A DNA stretch of 64,000 nt, from the NCBI GenBank assembly GCA_045578385.1, contig JAZNKD010000038.1, positions 3,341 to 67,340 on the forward strand, read 5' to 3'. This document shows positions 1-8,993 of the stretch, piece by piece. Position 1 is the stretch's first letter; the number at the start of each line of letters is the position of its first letter. The notes beneath the pieces are model-generated. The model saw only the letters and a program-made list of their open reading frames with translations. It had not been told where the DNA came from and did not search any database. The translations under genes were made by a program, and so were the position numbers. The DNA is from Eubacteriales bacterium. GTDB lineage: Bacteria > Bacillota > Clostridia > Oscillospirales > CAG-272.

Positions 1-235
1 TTTCGGAAACGGTTTCGCGGACTATTTTCTGAATATCGACAGTTGCAGTCGTGGTTATCTCGCCCATAACGTTTACAATACCCGTAGTTGCAAATGTTTC
101 GCACGCAACTCGGCTCATAGGGTCCTGACGAAGAATCTCGTCAAGTATGGCGTCGGATATCTTATCGCAAATTTTATCGGGATGTCCCTCAGTAACCGAT
201 TCCGACGTAAAAAGCACTCTTTTAATTTCTGACAT
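1..235 (-). CDS. metK: S-adenosylmethionine synthetase, N-terminal fragment (continues beyond window start)
   Basis: My own translation of the minus strand from the ATG at 235 gives [39 protein letters not shown]..., with the GHPDK motif typical of MetK. It is absent from the ORF track because it is truncated. Confidence 0.9.
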   Translation of the reverse strand, partial: MSEIKRVLFTSESVTEGHPDKICDKISDAILDEILRQDPMSRVACETFATTGIVNVMGEITTTATVDIQKIVRETVSE

Positions 236-265
236 TTTAAAATTCCTTTCTCAAAGCCCTTATCA

Positions 266-396
266 AAAGAAAAAACTCGGTAAGCAAAAGCCATTCCCGA
301 GATTTTAAATCACTCATCTAACAGGAATTGGCACCTTATTAAACACAGGTTGCCGGGCTTCATAGGGCCAGTCCCTCCGCCACTCTTGATAAGGAT
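266..396 (-). promoter_or_regulatory. SAM-I (S-box) riboswitch with intrinsic terminator, leader of metK
   Basis: The minus strand reads CTTATCAAGAGTGGCGGAGGGACTGGCCCTATGAAGCCCGGCAACC...AAGGTGCCAATTCCTGTTAGATGAG, matching the S-box core. It is followed by the hairpin CTCGG...CCGAG plus a T-run (266-301), immediately upstream of metK. Confidence 0.9.
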
Positions 397-504
397 ATTT
401 AATTGACGCTAATATTCTAACACATAATGCGACAAAAATCAAGTACTTTCAAAATATTTTTAGAAGCCTGCTCATCAAAATATTTTCGTAATTAACTGCA
501 TACA

Positions 505-551
505 CAAAAAAAGCCATCTTAAGCGTAACGTAAGCTAGCGCAAGATGGCTT
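505..551 (-). terminator. Intrinsic terminator after the phosphofructokinase gene
   Basis: A 9-bp stem AGCCATCTT/AAGATGGCT is followed by a T-run on the minus strand, directly after the stop at 561. Confidence 0.7.
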
Positions 552-560
552 TACCGTTTG

Positions 561-1793
561 TTATTTAATTACTACGTGCTTTGGAAGACCGTTTTCATAT
601 TTTACGTCGGTCTCGCCGATAATCAGCGGCTTGAGATATTCAATACATTCATCGGTTACACCGTTTCCTCGCTCGTTGATGAAGCACTCGGGAACGGTTT
701 TGATTTCATTTGCAATACTTCTTATGTCTGCTATGCCGTATGATACTGCATAATCAGCAGAATCTGCTCTATCTATCGTCGCCATAACGCCCGTATTTCC
801 AAGAAGCGCATAAGATACCGCATTTTTTCCTACTCCGACAGATTCATCTATATCCGTCCTTGAGGCAATATGAGCAGCGCAGCGCTGAGGAAGACTAAGC
901 TCTATTGAACGTACCTTACAGCCAACTCGCTCTTTAACGATATTTTCAAGCACCTTTCCCGTGCCGGAAAGATATTTATGGCCGAATGCATCAACCGCGC
1001 CCGACTGACCGCCGCTTCCTACGTATTCTCCGTCTGCAAATCTAATTCCCTCGGAAGCACATACAAGCACCGCAGGATTCTTTTCCATAGCCGCCTTTAC
1101 GTCCTCAATGAATTCATCTGTGTCAAACGTGCGCTCCGGCAGGTATATAAGATTAGGGCCCGCACCCGAAAGAGATGCGAGTGCCGAGGACGCTGTCAAC
1201 CATCCCGCGTCTCTGCCCATAATCTCAATGATAGTAACCGCTTTAACCGTGTATACGTTAACGTCGCGGAAGATTTCGGTTACAGAGGTTGCAACAAACT
1301 TTGCCGCAGAGCCAAATCCGGGGGTATGATCGGTAGCCATAAGGTCGTTGTCTATAGTCTTCGGTACACCTACGACGATAAGCTCATAATTATTGTTTTT
1401 AGCATAATCGGAAAGCTTAAGAACCGTGTCCATAGAGTCGTTTCCGCCTATGTAAAAGAAATACCGTATATCGTATTTTTTGAAAATACCGAGAAGCCTC
1501 TCGTAAGTTTCTGAATCGTCGGCATAGCTTTTAAGCTTTTTTCTGCAAGAGCCCAAAGCTGCCGCAGGTGTGGTCTCAAGTGTCGAAAGCCAGACTTCAT
1601 CCGTAAAATGCGAGCTAAGGTCAACAAGACGTTCTGCAAGCAAACCCTCGATGCCGTTTTTCATACCGTAAAGCGATTTGATAACTCCGTTCTTATTTGC
1701 CTCGGCGCATCCTCTGATAACGCCCGAAAGCGTTGCGTTGATAGCAGACGTCGGTCCGCCCGACTGGCCTACTACCGCGTTTCCCTTTAACAT
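561..1793 (-). CDS. pfp: 6-phosphofructokinase, probably pyrophosphate-dependent (PFP type)
   Basis: 410 aa. The N-terminus GQSGGPTSAINATLSGVI and the motifs YIGGNDSMDT and VPKTIDNDL are present. Lys rather than Gly in PKTIDND is the known signature of PPi dependence. Confidence 0.8.
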   Translation of the reverse strand: MLKGNAVVGQSGGPTSAINATLSGVIRGCAEANKNGVIKSLYGMKNGIEGLLAERLVDLSSHFTDEVWLSTLETTPAAALGSCRKKLKSYADDSETYERLLGIFKKYDIRYFFYIGGNDSMDTVLKLSDYAKNNNYELIVVGVPKTIDNDLMATDHTPGFGSAAKFVATSVTEIFRDVNVYTVKAVTIIEIMGRDAGWLTASSALASLSGAGPNLIYLPERTFDTDEFIEDVKAAMEKNPAVLVCASEGIRFADGEYVGSGGQSGAVDAFGHKYLSGTGKVLENIVKERVGCKVRSIELSLPQRCAAHIASRTDIDESVGVGKNAVSYALLGNTGVMATIDRADSADYAVSYGIADIRSIANEIKTVPECFINERGNGVTDECIEYLKPLIIGETDVKYENGLPKHVVIK

Positions 1794-1838
1794 AGAAAAC
1801 CTCCGTTTTTTAATTTTAAAATATATATTCAGGCAGAA

Positions 1839-2726
1839 TTAATCGAGCAAGTCTTTTTCTTTAAAGTCGTAATGTGAATTGCAGAAGTGGCATATAGCTG
1901 TCAATACTCTGTCTTTTCCCTCTTTTTCCTGCTCGTCAAACATCGTTTTTATTTCCGATTCACCAAGCCCTTTTATCTTTTTTCTCATGCGCTCTCGCGA
2001 ACAGTCGCACTTATATTCCACCTCTATCGTATCGAACAAATCAAACGGTATATCCTTCATTGCAATATCAATTATTTCCTCATTTGAAAGACCCGAGGCA
2101 AAGAGCTTTGATACGTTTGAAATATCTATAGCGTTTCGTTCAATTAGATCTACCGTTTTATCGTCCGGGAAAGGCAGAAGCTGAATAAGCACACCGCCTG
2201 CTGCACGGCAGGAAAAATCCGTATCAACGAGAACGCCGAGAGACAATACCGTAGGTATCTGCTCGCTCTTTGCAAAATAAGTCGCAATATCTTCGGCTAC
2301 CTCACCCGTAACTATTTCAATGGTTCCGCATTGAGGCTCTTTTCCTCCGATATCTCTTATCATATAGAAGGTCCCCGCGCCGATAGCTCCGCCGACGTCG
2401 AGCTTGCCGTTGGGCTTTCTTTTCGGGTCTGCCGACGGATTGTCAATATAGCTTTTTACGTTACCGTAATAATCTGCTACCGCGAGCATCTTTGAAATTT
2501 CTCCGTTTGAATTAAATCCAACCGTCAGCGTATCACCGTCTTCAGGAAGCATAGTTCCTATCATAGAAGCCGCCGTAATCAATCTTCCGAGAGCTGCCGT
2601 GGCAGTAGGAGCTGTTTTATGCACCTCTAACATTCCGTTAACCAGCGCTGTCGAATTTATAACAAGAACTCGCGCAGAGCCGTCCCTCGTCATTCCCCTT
2701 GTAATTAAAGCTTTATCGTTTCCCAT
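1839..2726 (-). CDS. hslO: Hsp33 redox-regulated chaperone
   Basis: 295 aa with the C-terminal zinc centre CDCS...CHFC, typical Hsp33 length and fold signature. Confidence 0.9.
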   Translation of the reverse strand: MGNDKALITRGMTRDGSARVLVINSTALVNGMLEVHKTAPTATAALGRLITAASMIGTMLPEDGDTLTVGFNSNGEISKMLAVADYYGNVKSYIDNPSADPKRKPNGKLDVGGAIGAGTFYMIRDIGGKEPQCGTIEIVTGEVAEDIATYFAKSEQIPTVLSLGVLVDTDFSCRAAGGVLIQLLPFPDDKTVDLIERNAIDISNVSKLFASGLSNEEIIDIAMKDIPFDLFDTIEVEYKCDCSRERMRKKIKGLGESEIKTMFDEQEKEGKDRVLTAICHFCNSHYDFKEKDLLD

Positions 2727-3517
2727 ATCGGATTCACCTCTTTCTTACATCTTGCTACTACATATATTCTCTCTGCATTATCATCAGCATCGGTGAAATC
2801 AAAATCGGAATATGCTCCGATAAATTCAAGAGAATTGCGTTTCAGCGCATTTCTTATTGAGCGCAGCGTATACATGCGCTCCCTTTGAACTTCATCGTAT
2901 CTTTCGTATTTTCCATCATTCCCCTCACAGAAAAGCGTAATATAGAAATCGCAAAGCTTAGTGTTCTTATTGTAATAATTCTGCCAAATGCACATAGCGC
3001 TCTCGTTTTCTATAACGTAGGTTTCGTCTGCGTATATATTTTCAAATTTGTATTTTCCGTTTACGTCAAAAATAAACAAGCCGTCGGGGATAAGATAATT
3101 ATGCACCAAATCAAGCGTTCTGTCAAGATCTTTCGCACCTGTCAGATGATTTATACCGTCAAGGCAGCATACTGCAACGTCAACGGTACCGTAAAGCTCA
3201 AATTCACGCATATCCTGCATAAGCCAAAGGATTTTTTCAGCGCAACCTTCATCTATAGCTCTGTTTCTTGCAATATCGAGCATTTCAAAGGAATAATCCA
3301 CGCCTGTCATATCATAGCCGCGTTTTGCAAGCTCCAAGGTCATACTTCCCGTTCCGCATCCAAGATCAAGAACAAGCTCGGGCTTTCCAGATTTATAATA
3401 TCTACTCATTATGGCTTCAACAAAGTCAGCCCAGGCAGAATAATTTATGTCGCCGTTAAACTTATCGTAAAATGGCGCAAGTAAATCGTAGATCATATTC
3501 TCGCGTGCAATCAGCAC
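2705..3517 (-). CDS. Class I SAM-dependent methyltransferase (substrate unknown)
   Basis: Contains the SAM-binding motif I VLDLGCGTGSMT. The start is uncertain: GTG at 3517 or ATG at 3496. It lies 5 nt after the helicase stop and overlaps the hslO start by 22 nt. Confidence 0.8.
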   Translation of the reverse strand: MLIARENMIYDLLAPFYDKFNGDINYSAWADFVEAIMSRYYKSGKPELVLDLGCGTGSMTLELAKRGYDMTGVDYSFEMLDIARNRAIDEGCAEKILWLMQDMREFELYGTVDVAVCCLDGINHLTGAKDLDRTLDLVHNYLIPDGLFIFDVNGKYKFENIYADETYVIENESAMCIWQNYYNKNTKLCDFYITLFCEGNDGKYERYDEVQRERMYTLRSIRNALKRNSLEFIGAYSDFDFTDADDNAERIYVVARCKKEVNPIWETIKL

Positions 3518-3522
3518 TCTCC

Positions 3523-5751
3523 TTATTCAAATCTTTCGAGTATTTCATCGGCTAACAAACGGTCCTTTGCGTACGCTATTCGCAAAAGCTCCGGCGGTAT
3601 ATACTCATCGTATTTATCAAAAATAGGACATTCTCCGTCTCGCACCAGAGTTTCGGTATCTATTCCCTCTCTGTCGAGTATCGCGCGAATACCGAAAAGC
3701 AAATTCTTGCCTGCGTCGCCTTTGGCTTTGAACTTAATATAATAGCATCCCTCGCTCTGTATATCCGAAATTCCGAGCTCACCTGCATATTTTTGCAGAA
3801 ATCTTCGCAACGTTCTGAATGAGCGGGTACCGAGCCAAGGAAACAAACAGTAGCTTTGTCCGCCGAGATAAACGACCATATTCTCGTTCATTCTAGCATT
3901 TTCCGCGACTCTGCGTGCGTTTTCAAGCCTTACCTTTGCATTTTCTCCGAGAAATCCGTAATTTTTACCATTAAAGAGCACGTCCCGCATCGCAAGGAGA
4001 AGCTTTGTATGAATTTCTCCGCTGTCTCCGGGCCAGGAAACTTCCATTTTCCCGTCAACACGTTTAACGAAAATCAGCTTTCTCTGTACGTCAACCTCTT
4101 TAACTTCCCATACTCTGCCGGCAAGGGCAAATCTGTCACCAACCGGGGGCGGTGTAGTTATCGTTCCGATTTCCTCGCTGTCGCATCTTACCGTGAAGTC
4201 CTCGCTGTCCTTAAATACTGCGTAGAATTTGAAGCTGTTTATAATTCTCTCGCCCTTAAGACCGATTATGATTTTCTTTTCCTCGGTAAACTCAAGGTAG
4301 TCATCGTTTATCATAGACACGAGAAGAATCCGGTAATCCTCTTTTTCGATAGCCGAAAGGGGCGGTAACGACAAAATTCTTCCTGCAAGCTCCTTTGCGG
4401 AAAGCTCTCCGCCTGACGCGAGAACACTCAAAGTCTGATGAAAAGCAAGGCTCAGCGGCATTTGCTTAAATCTCGGCGGCTCTATAAATCGTTCCGAGGA
4501 GTAAAGCTCAACGATGCCTATTCCGCGTAAAAGATCCCACGGAATTATTTCGGGAAGCGGAGCGTTAGGCAAAGGCGTCTCCTCTCTGTAAAGCATTATC
4601 ATTTCGGGCGGCGTTCCACGTCTTCCCGAGCGCCCGAGTCTCTGAAGAAATCCTGAAACCGTAGTGGGAGAGCCAACCTGGCAAACTCTTTCAAGTCTGC
4701 CGATGTCGATTCCGAGCTCCATCGTTACCGTAGCGCAGGTTACCGCTTTAGTAACACTCTCGTCCTTCATTTTCGCCTCAGCATCTTCTCTTAAAGCCGC
4801 AGAGAGATTTCCGTGATGTATAAGGAAAATATCCTCTTCCCCGCGCGCCTTTGCTATTTGACGTAACGTTGCGGTCACGTATTCCGTTTCTTCTCGCGAA
4901 TTTGAAAAAACAAGGGCCTTTTTATTTCTCGTTGCGTCGTAAAGAAACTCATAACCGGGATCAAGAACGGCTCTGCCGCCTCTTTCCTCCTGAGAAGCAG
5001 TTTCAAGCGCCAGTGACTGCGTTTCGTTAGGATTCTGGATATAGTAATGCTCTGCACCGAGTCGCCAACGCAGCTTCGTCTTAGGCGGCACGGGAGCGAC
5101 CGTTTTGCGACCGCTGCCTGCGCCGAGCCATTTTGCCGCAAGCTCAATATCACCTATTGTTGCACTTAAGCCAACTCGCCTCGGCGAACGTCCTATAAGC
5201 CTCGCAATTCTTGAAAGCTGACAAATTACCTGATTTCCTCTGTCCTCACCAAGCATAGCGTGTATCTCATCAATAACTACGTACTTAAGCGAGCCGAAAA
5301 GTCTGGGTATATCGTTAGCTCTGTTCATAAGCATCGATTCAAGGGATTCTGGAGTTATCTGCAAAATTCCTTCGGGATTCTTAAGAAGCTTTGACTTATG
5401 AGATTGACTAACGTCTCCGTGCCAATGCGTAACCGTAATACCCGACATATCGAGAAGCTCCTCAAGCCTGTAAAACTGGTCGTTAATAAGTGATTTGAGA
5501 GGAGCAATATAAAGCACCGATACTGAGCCTTTCGTATTCTCGGTGTTTACTATATCGGCAATTATCGGGAAGAATGCGGCTTCGGTTTTTCCAGACGCCG
5601 TGGAAGATGAAAGGAGCAGATTGTCCTCGCTTTCAAGTATGACGTGGGCTGCGGATATCTGTATCTCACGGAGTTCATTCCAACCGTGACCGTATATATA
5701 TTCTTTTATGAAATCGGGAAAAAGCGAGAAAATTCTATCGGCTTCAGTCAT
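3523..5751 (-). CDS. SF2 DEAD/DEAH-box helicase, third gene of the TerB-ATPase-helicase triad (Shango SngC-like)
   Basis: 742 aa. Motifs: I TASGKTEAA, II VVIDEIH, III LSATIG, VI QRLGRSGRRG. The C-terminal ~350 aa have no motif I recognise. Confidence 0.85.
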   Translation of the reverse strand: MTEADRIFSLFPDFIKEYIYGHGWNELREIQISAAHVILESEDNLLLSSSTASGKTEAAFFPIIADIVNTENTKGSVSVLYIAPLKSLINDQFYRLEELLDMSGITVTHWHGDVSQSHKSKLLKNPEGILQITPESLESMLMNRANDIPRLFGSLKYVVIDEIHAMLGEDRGNQVICQLSRIARLIGRSPRRVGLSATIGDIELAAKWLGAGSGRKTVAPVPPKTKLRWRLGAEHYYIQNPNETQSLALETASQEERGGRAVLDPGYEFLYDATRNKKALVFSNSREETEYVTATLRQIAKARGEEDIFLIHHGNLSAALREDAEAKMKDESVTKAVTCATVTMELGIDIGRLERVCQVGSPTTVSGFLQRLGRSGRRGTPPEMIMLYREETPLPNAPLPEIIPWDLLRGIGIVELYSSERFIEPPRFKQMPLSLAFHQTLSVLASGGELSAKELAGRILSLPPLSAIEKEDYRILLVSMINDDYLEFTEEKKIIIGLKGERIINSFKFYAVFKDSEDFTVRCDSEEIGTITTPPPVGDRFALAGRVWEVKEVDVQRKLIFVKRVDGKMEVSWPGDSGEIHTKLLLAMRDVLFNGKNYGFLGENAKVRLENARRVAENARMNENMVVYLGGQSYCLFPWLGTRSFRTLRRFLQKYAGELGISDIQSEGCYYIKFKAKGDAGKNLLFGIRAILDREGIDTETLVRDGECPIFDKYDEYIPPELLRIAYAKDRLLADEILERFE

Positions 5752-5785
5752 TTAAAATCCCTCTCATACTAAATTCTGCCTTGAA

Positions 5786-7141
5786 TTATATATCTATATC
5801 AAACAAATTTACACTTCCGTAGCTTGTTGGCGCATCGTCGTCCGAATCATCGTCTGACGACGTAAATCTTACGTTTTTCAAAAGCTCGGAGAACTTTGCG
5901 TTCTTGTTGTCGTGTAGCACGTTAAGGAACGAAAGATAGTCTCTTATTATTTCTCTCGGAGTAAGCATTTCATCAGCACCCGTGCGAGATCTTGCCATAT
6001 TCACAAACTCTTCTATTTCGGCATCGGTAACGAGAGGCTCGGTTCCGTCTCTCATAGCGTAAAGATTTGTGAGTCTTTTAACGAGCGCCAAAAGCTCCGC
6101 GCCTGAAAGCGTACGTAACCTTATTACTGGTGATGAAAGATTCTGATATCCGTGCGAAGCTGCGTATTTTGAATCCTGAAGTCTGCTTTTCAAGGCATCA
6201 TAGCTGAAAAGTCCTCTTCTAGTATCCTCTAAAAACTGCGGCGTTCCTCCGAAAATCACTCCAAGATTCTTTGCTTTTCCCTGAAGGGTATCATTAAAAA
6301 TAGCGAGCAGCTTTTCGTAATTTGCTTCTCTTGAAATTCTGTTGGGTATTTTGTAAAGGTTTACACACTCATCAATAAATACGATAAATCCAAGATATCC
6401 AAGCTTTACGGAAAGCGATGCGAACAGCTTTATAAAGCCGTACCAGTTATCGTCGTCTATAACACAGCCGACTCTGAATCCAAGAGCTGCATTCGCCTCC
6501 GTTTTATTTGAAAACTCTCCTCTGAGCCATCTGAGGCATGCGCTTTTTTTCTCGGCATTATCCTCAATCATCGCAGTATAATACTCTCCGAGTATTCTTG
6601 CAAAATCAAATCCACCGACGTCGCATTCAAGCTCGGAAAGCATAGCCATAACCTTTCGCTTCAACGCATTCTCAAACTCCGAAGAATCGGGAAGAACACC
6701 CTCCTCCGCGAGCTCATATTGAAGCTTTGCGTAATGGCGCGAAAGTATTGTCGGCAACGCGCCGCCGTCGGGAGACGCTTTGCTAGCTATATTTATCATA
6801 AGCTCTTTATAGGTCGCGAGCCCCGCGCCGTTACCGCCGGAAAGCCGACGCTCCGGAGAAAGATCCGCATCAGCGCATATAAATCCGCGCTCTAAAGCTC
6901 TTCCTCTTATAAGCTGAATAAGAAAGCTCTTACCGCTTCCGTATCTTCCTATCAAAAATCTGCACGCTGCGCCGCCGTCGGCAACGTCGTCAAGATTATC
7001 AAGAAGCGAGCCGAGCTCTTCCTCTCTGCCTATCGCAATATAAGGTGCTCCTATTCTCGGAACAACACCTGCGGAAAGCGACGTTATAAGCGTATTCAAA
7101 ATACGTCTTGGTATTTTTATTCCTGTATTTTCTGAAGCCAT
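5786..7141 (-). CDS. P-loop ATPase of the DUF2791/BrxD-like type (Shango SngB-like)
   Basis: 451 aa with Walker A GRYGSGKS and Walker B GFIVFIDEC. The N-terminus (RILNTLITSLSAGVVPRIGAPYIAIGREEEL) is typical of the family. The start overlaps the upstream gene by 25 nt. Confidence 0.75.
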   Translation of the reverse strand: MASENTGIKIPRRILNTLITSLSAGVVPRIGAPYIAIGREEELGSLLDNLDDVADGGAACRFLIGRYGSGKSFLIQLIRGRALERGFICADADLSPERRLSGGNGAGLATYKELMINIASKASPDGGALPTILSRHYAKLQYELAEEGVLPDSSEFENALKRKVMAMLSELECDVGGFDFARILGEYYTAMIEDNAEKKSACLRWLRGEFSNKTEANAALGFRVGCVIDDDNWYGFIKLFASLSVKLGYLGFIVFIDECVNLYKIPNRISREANYEKLLAIFNDTLQGKAKNLGVIFGGTPQFLEDTRRGLFSYDALKSRLQDSKYAASHGYQNLSSPVIRLRTLSGAELLALVKRLTNLYAMRDGTEPLVTDAEIEEFVNMARSRTGADEMLTPREIIRDYLSFLNVLHDNKNAKFSELLKNVRFTSSDDDSDDDAPTSYGSVNLFDIDI

Positions 7142-8769
7142 TCAATAATCTCCTCGGTGTAATCGTCTATCACCTTAAATCCGCCATCATCCGACTCCTC
7201 GAGAATTACGTCTCCGAAATTATCGGCGAAGGCCTCGTTTATTTTTTCCGCAATTTCTTCGGGCAATCTTTTCTGAACCTTTGCAATAGACAGTACTTTT
7301 ATTTTATCTTTCGCCAGAGCGGCATTAAGAAACTCAATCTCAGCGTCGTTTAGTCCGTAGGTATCAAAGCTTCTATCTTCGCCCAAGGATTCAGATACGA
7401 CCGATTCGTTTTGCTTCTCCCTCTCGGCTTTATCAGCAGCTTCTTCAGCCAAAGCTTCCTCTAAATCCTCCGTTCCCTCAACCAGCCTTGCTGTCATACG
7501 CCAGGAAGCTTTCTCTATTTCTATCGCATCGGAAAAGCTGATTTTTGTATCCTCCGCCTCATAAAGCTTTTCATATTCCGGCATATTCGCGCGCTCGCGC
7601 TCTTTCTTCAGCTTTTCAAATTCGTGCTCGAAGTAACGGTCTATAATTTTTCTCAGCGTATCTGAAAGCTCCTTTATTGCAAGTCTGCTCTTTACGCCTA
7701 ATATAGCGCGTAATTTATTCTCCGTATACTTCAGTGCCGCAGTTATATTCCGTCTTAGCTCGGGAGAGCTTGAAACGGAAGAATAATCAATTTCCAAGAT
7801 ACACTTTACAGTATGAGTACACAAAGAGCCCGGAAATGCCGTTCTCGTAATTCTGCTCACTTCGCTTTTTTCGATAATTTCATCTCTGAAAAGATTTGCA
7901 AATACGAGTTGCATCGCGCCCTCTACGTGTGTTCTGTACATCACCGCATTATCACCGCTTGCATATTTACCTCTGCGCCAGTCGTAATCCGAAAGATATG
8001 CAAGCATAGCAGAGGCCTCGTTTCCGCCCTTTTGTACGTCAGAAAGGTAAAATTCTTTGAATGAAGATACGTTTATTACGTCAAACAGGAAGTCTTTTAT
8101 TTCTTCAAACGGGCAGTCCAATTCATAAACAAGGCAATAATCCTGAACCCATGCCGAAAAATTTATATCGAGTCTTGGCAGCTCGTCTCTATAAGCTCGC
8201 CAAACCTCAACAAGAAGCGTAAGCCCCTCCTCTTTGCCTATCTTTTCAGGCAGGTTGAGTATTTCGTAGGCGTAAAGATAAACGTATGAATAGTCAGTTT
8301 TTAAAAATCTTTTGCGTCTCAGCTCATCCCGCCAGTAAAAATAGTACCTTTTTTGCTCGGCAGTCATCTGAGAATACTGAGGTTTGTATGAATAAAAGGG
8401 GGTAAATTCGCATTTCGGGCATTTATAATCGAAGTATATGAGAGCCGCTTTTCTGAAAGTATCGTAGAAATCAAATCTATCGTGAGACGGCTTTATTGTA
8501 ACCTTACGTATAAGCTTTGCTTTATGAGGAATATAGCTATATTCTGCTTTTGCGTGCTTTTCTGAATCTATATCGGTTTTGTATATAGAAAAGTCAAGCT
8601 TTCTGTCAGCAGAAGATGCCGTGATATCCAGATTATCCGTATCGCCCGCATCAATTATTACGTCACTTACCGGAGTATGAGTTGAAAAGCTTTTAACGTT
8701 CGGCTTCTTTTTCGGGATGAGCTTTGATATATCCCAAAAATCATCTATACCGCCCTTAATATCTGCCAT
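7117..8769 (-). CDS. TerB-N / TerB-C domain protein (Shango SngA-like)
   Basis: I trimmed the ORF to the ATG at 8769, which is preceded by AAAGGAGG. The TerB-N-like core is FYSYKPQYSQMTAEQKRYYFYWRDELRRKRFLKTDYSYVYLYAYEILNL. The TerB-C-like tail is EIEFLNAALAKDKIKVLSIAKVQKRLPEEIAEKINEAFADNFGDVILEE. Confidence 0.75.
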   Translation of the reverse strand: MADIKGGIDDFWDISKLIPKKKPNVKSFSTHTPVSDVIIDAGDTDNLDITASSADRKLDFSIYKTDIDSEKHAKAEYSYIPHKAKLIRKVTIKPSHDRFDFYDTFRKAALIYFDYKCPKCEFTPFYSYKPQYSQMTAEQKRYYFYWRDELRRKRFLKTDYSYVYLYAYEILNLPEKIGKEEGLTLLVEVWRAYRDELPRLDINFSAWVQDYCLVYELDCPFEEIKDFLFDVINVSSFKEFYLSDVQKGGNEASAMLAYLSDYDWRRGKYASGDNAVMYRTHVEGAMQLVFANLFRDEIIEKSEVSRITRTAFPGSLCTHTVKCILEIDYSSVSSSPELRRNITAALKYTENKLRAILGVKSRLAIKELSDTLRKIIDRYFEHEFEKLKKERERANMPEYEKLYEAEDTKISFSDAIEIEKASWRMTARLVEGTEDLEEALAEEAADKAEREKQNESVVSESLGEDRSFDTYGLNDAEIEFLNAALAKDKIKVLSIAKVQKRLPEEIAEKINEAFADNFGDVILEESDDGGFKVIDDYTEEIIEWLQKIQE

Positions 8770-8849
8770 TTTGTTTACCTCCTTTCGAACTTTTAAGTTA
8801 AAAAACGATTTTTTCAGTGTCAAAATTATCAAAAACCCTGTAATGATAA

Positions 8850-8878
8850 ATTATATCACATTTTTCGTTGATTGTCAA
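8850..8878 (-). promoter_or_regulatory. Consensus sigma-A promoter of the TerB-ATPase-helicase operon
   Basis: The minus strand reads TTGACA-N17-TATAAT (TTGACAatcaacgaaaaatgtgaTATAAT), about 80 nt upstream of the ATG at 8769. Confidence 0.7.
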
Positions 8879-8993
8879 TCAATTTAACAATTTTTAAAAT
8901 GATAGCCGAATTTAATCCGGAGTATATAAAAAGCGACCGTCAAGCTTATTTCAGCTTTTACAGTCGCTCTGTTATTTTGCTAAAAACGACGTA

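Noticed and set aside
978-1514. A 178-aa plus-strand ORF, with similar antisense ORFs inside pfp, the helicase, the P-type ATPase, lepA, pgm and tig.
   Set aside because: All lie antisense to strongly recognisable genes. They lack RBSs and have skewed, low-complexity compositions.
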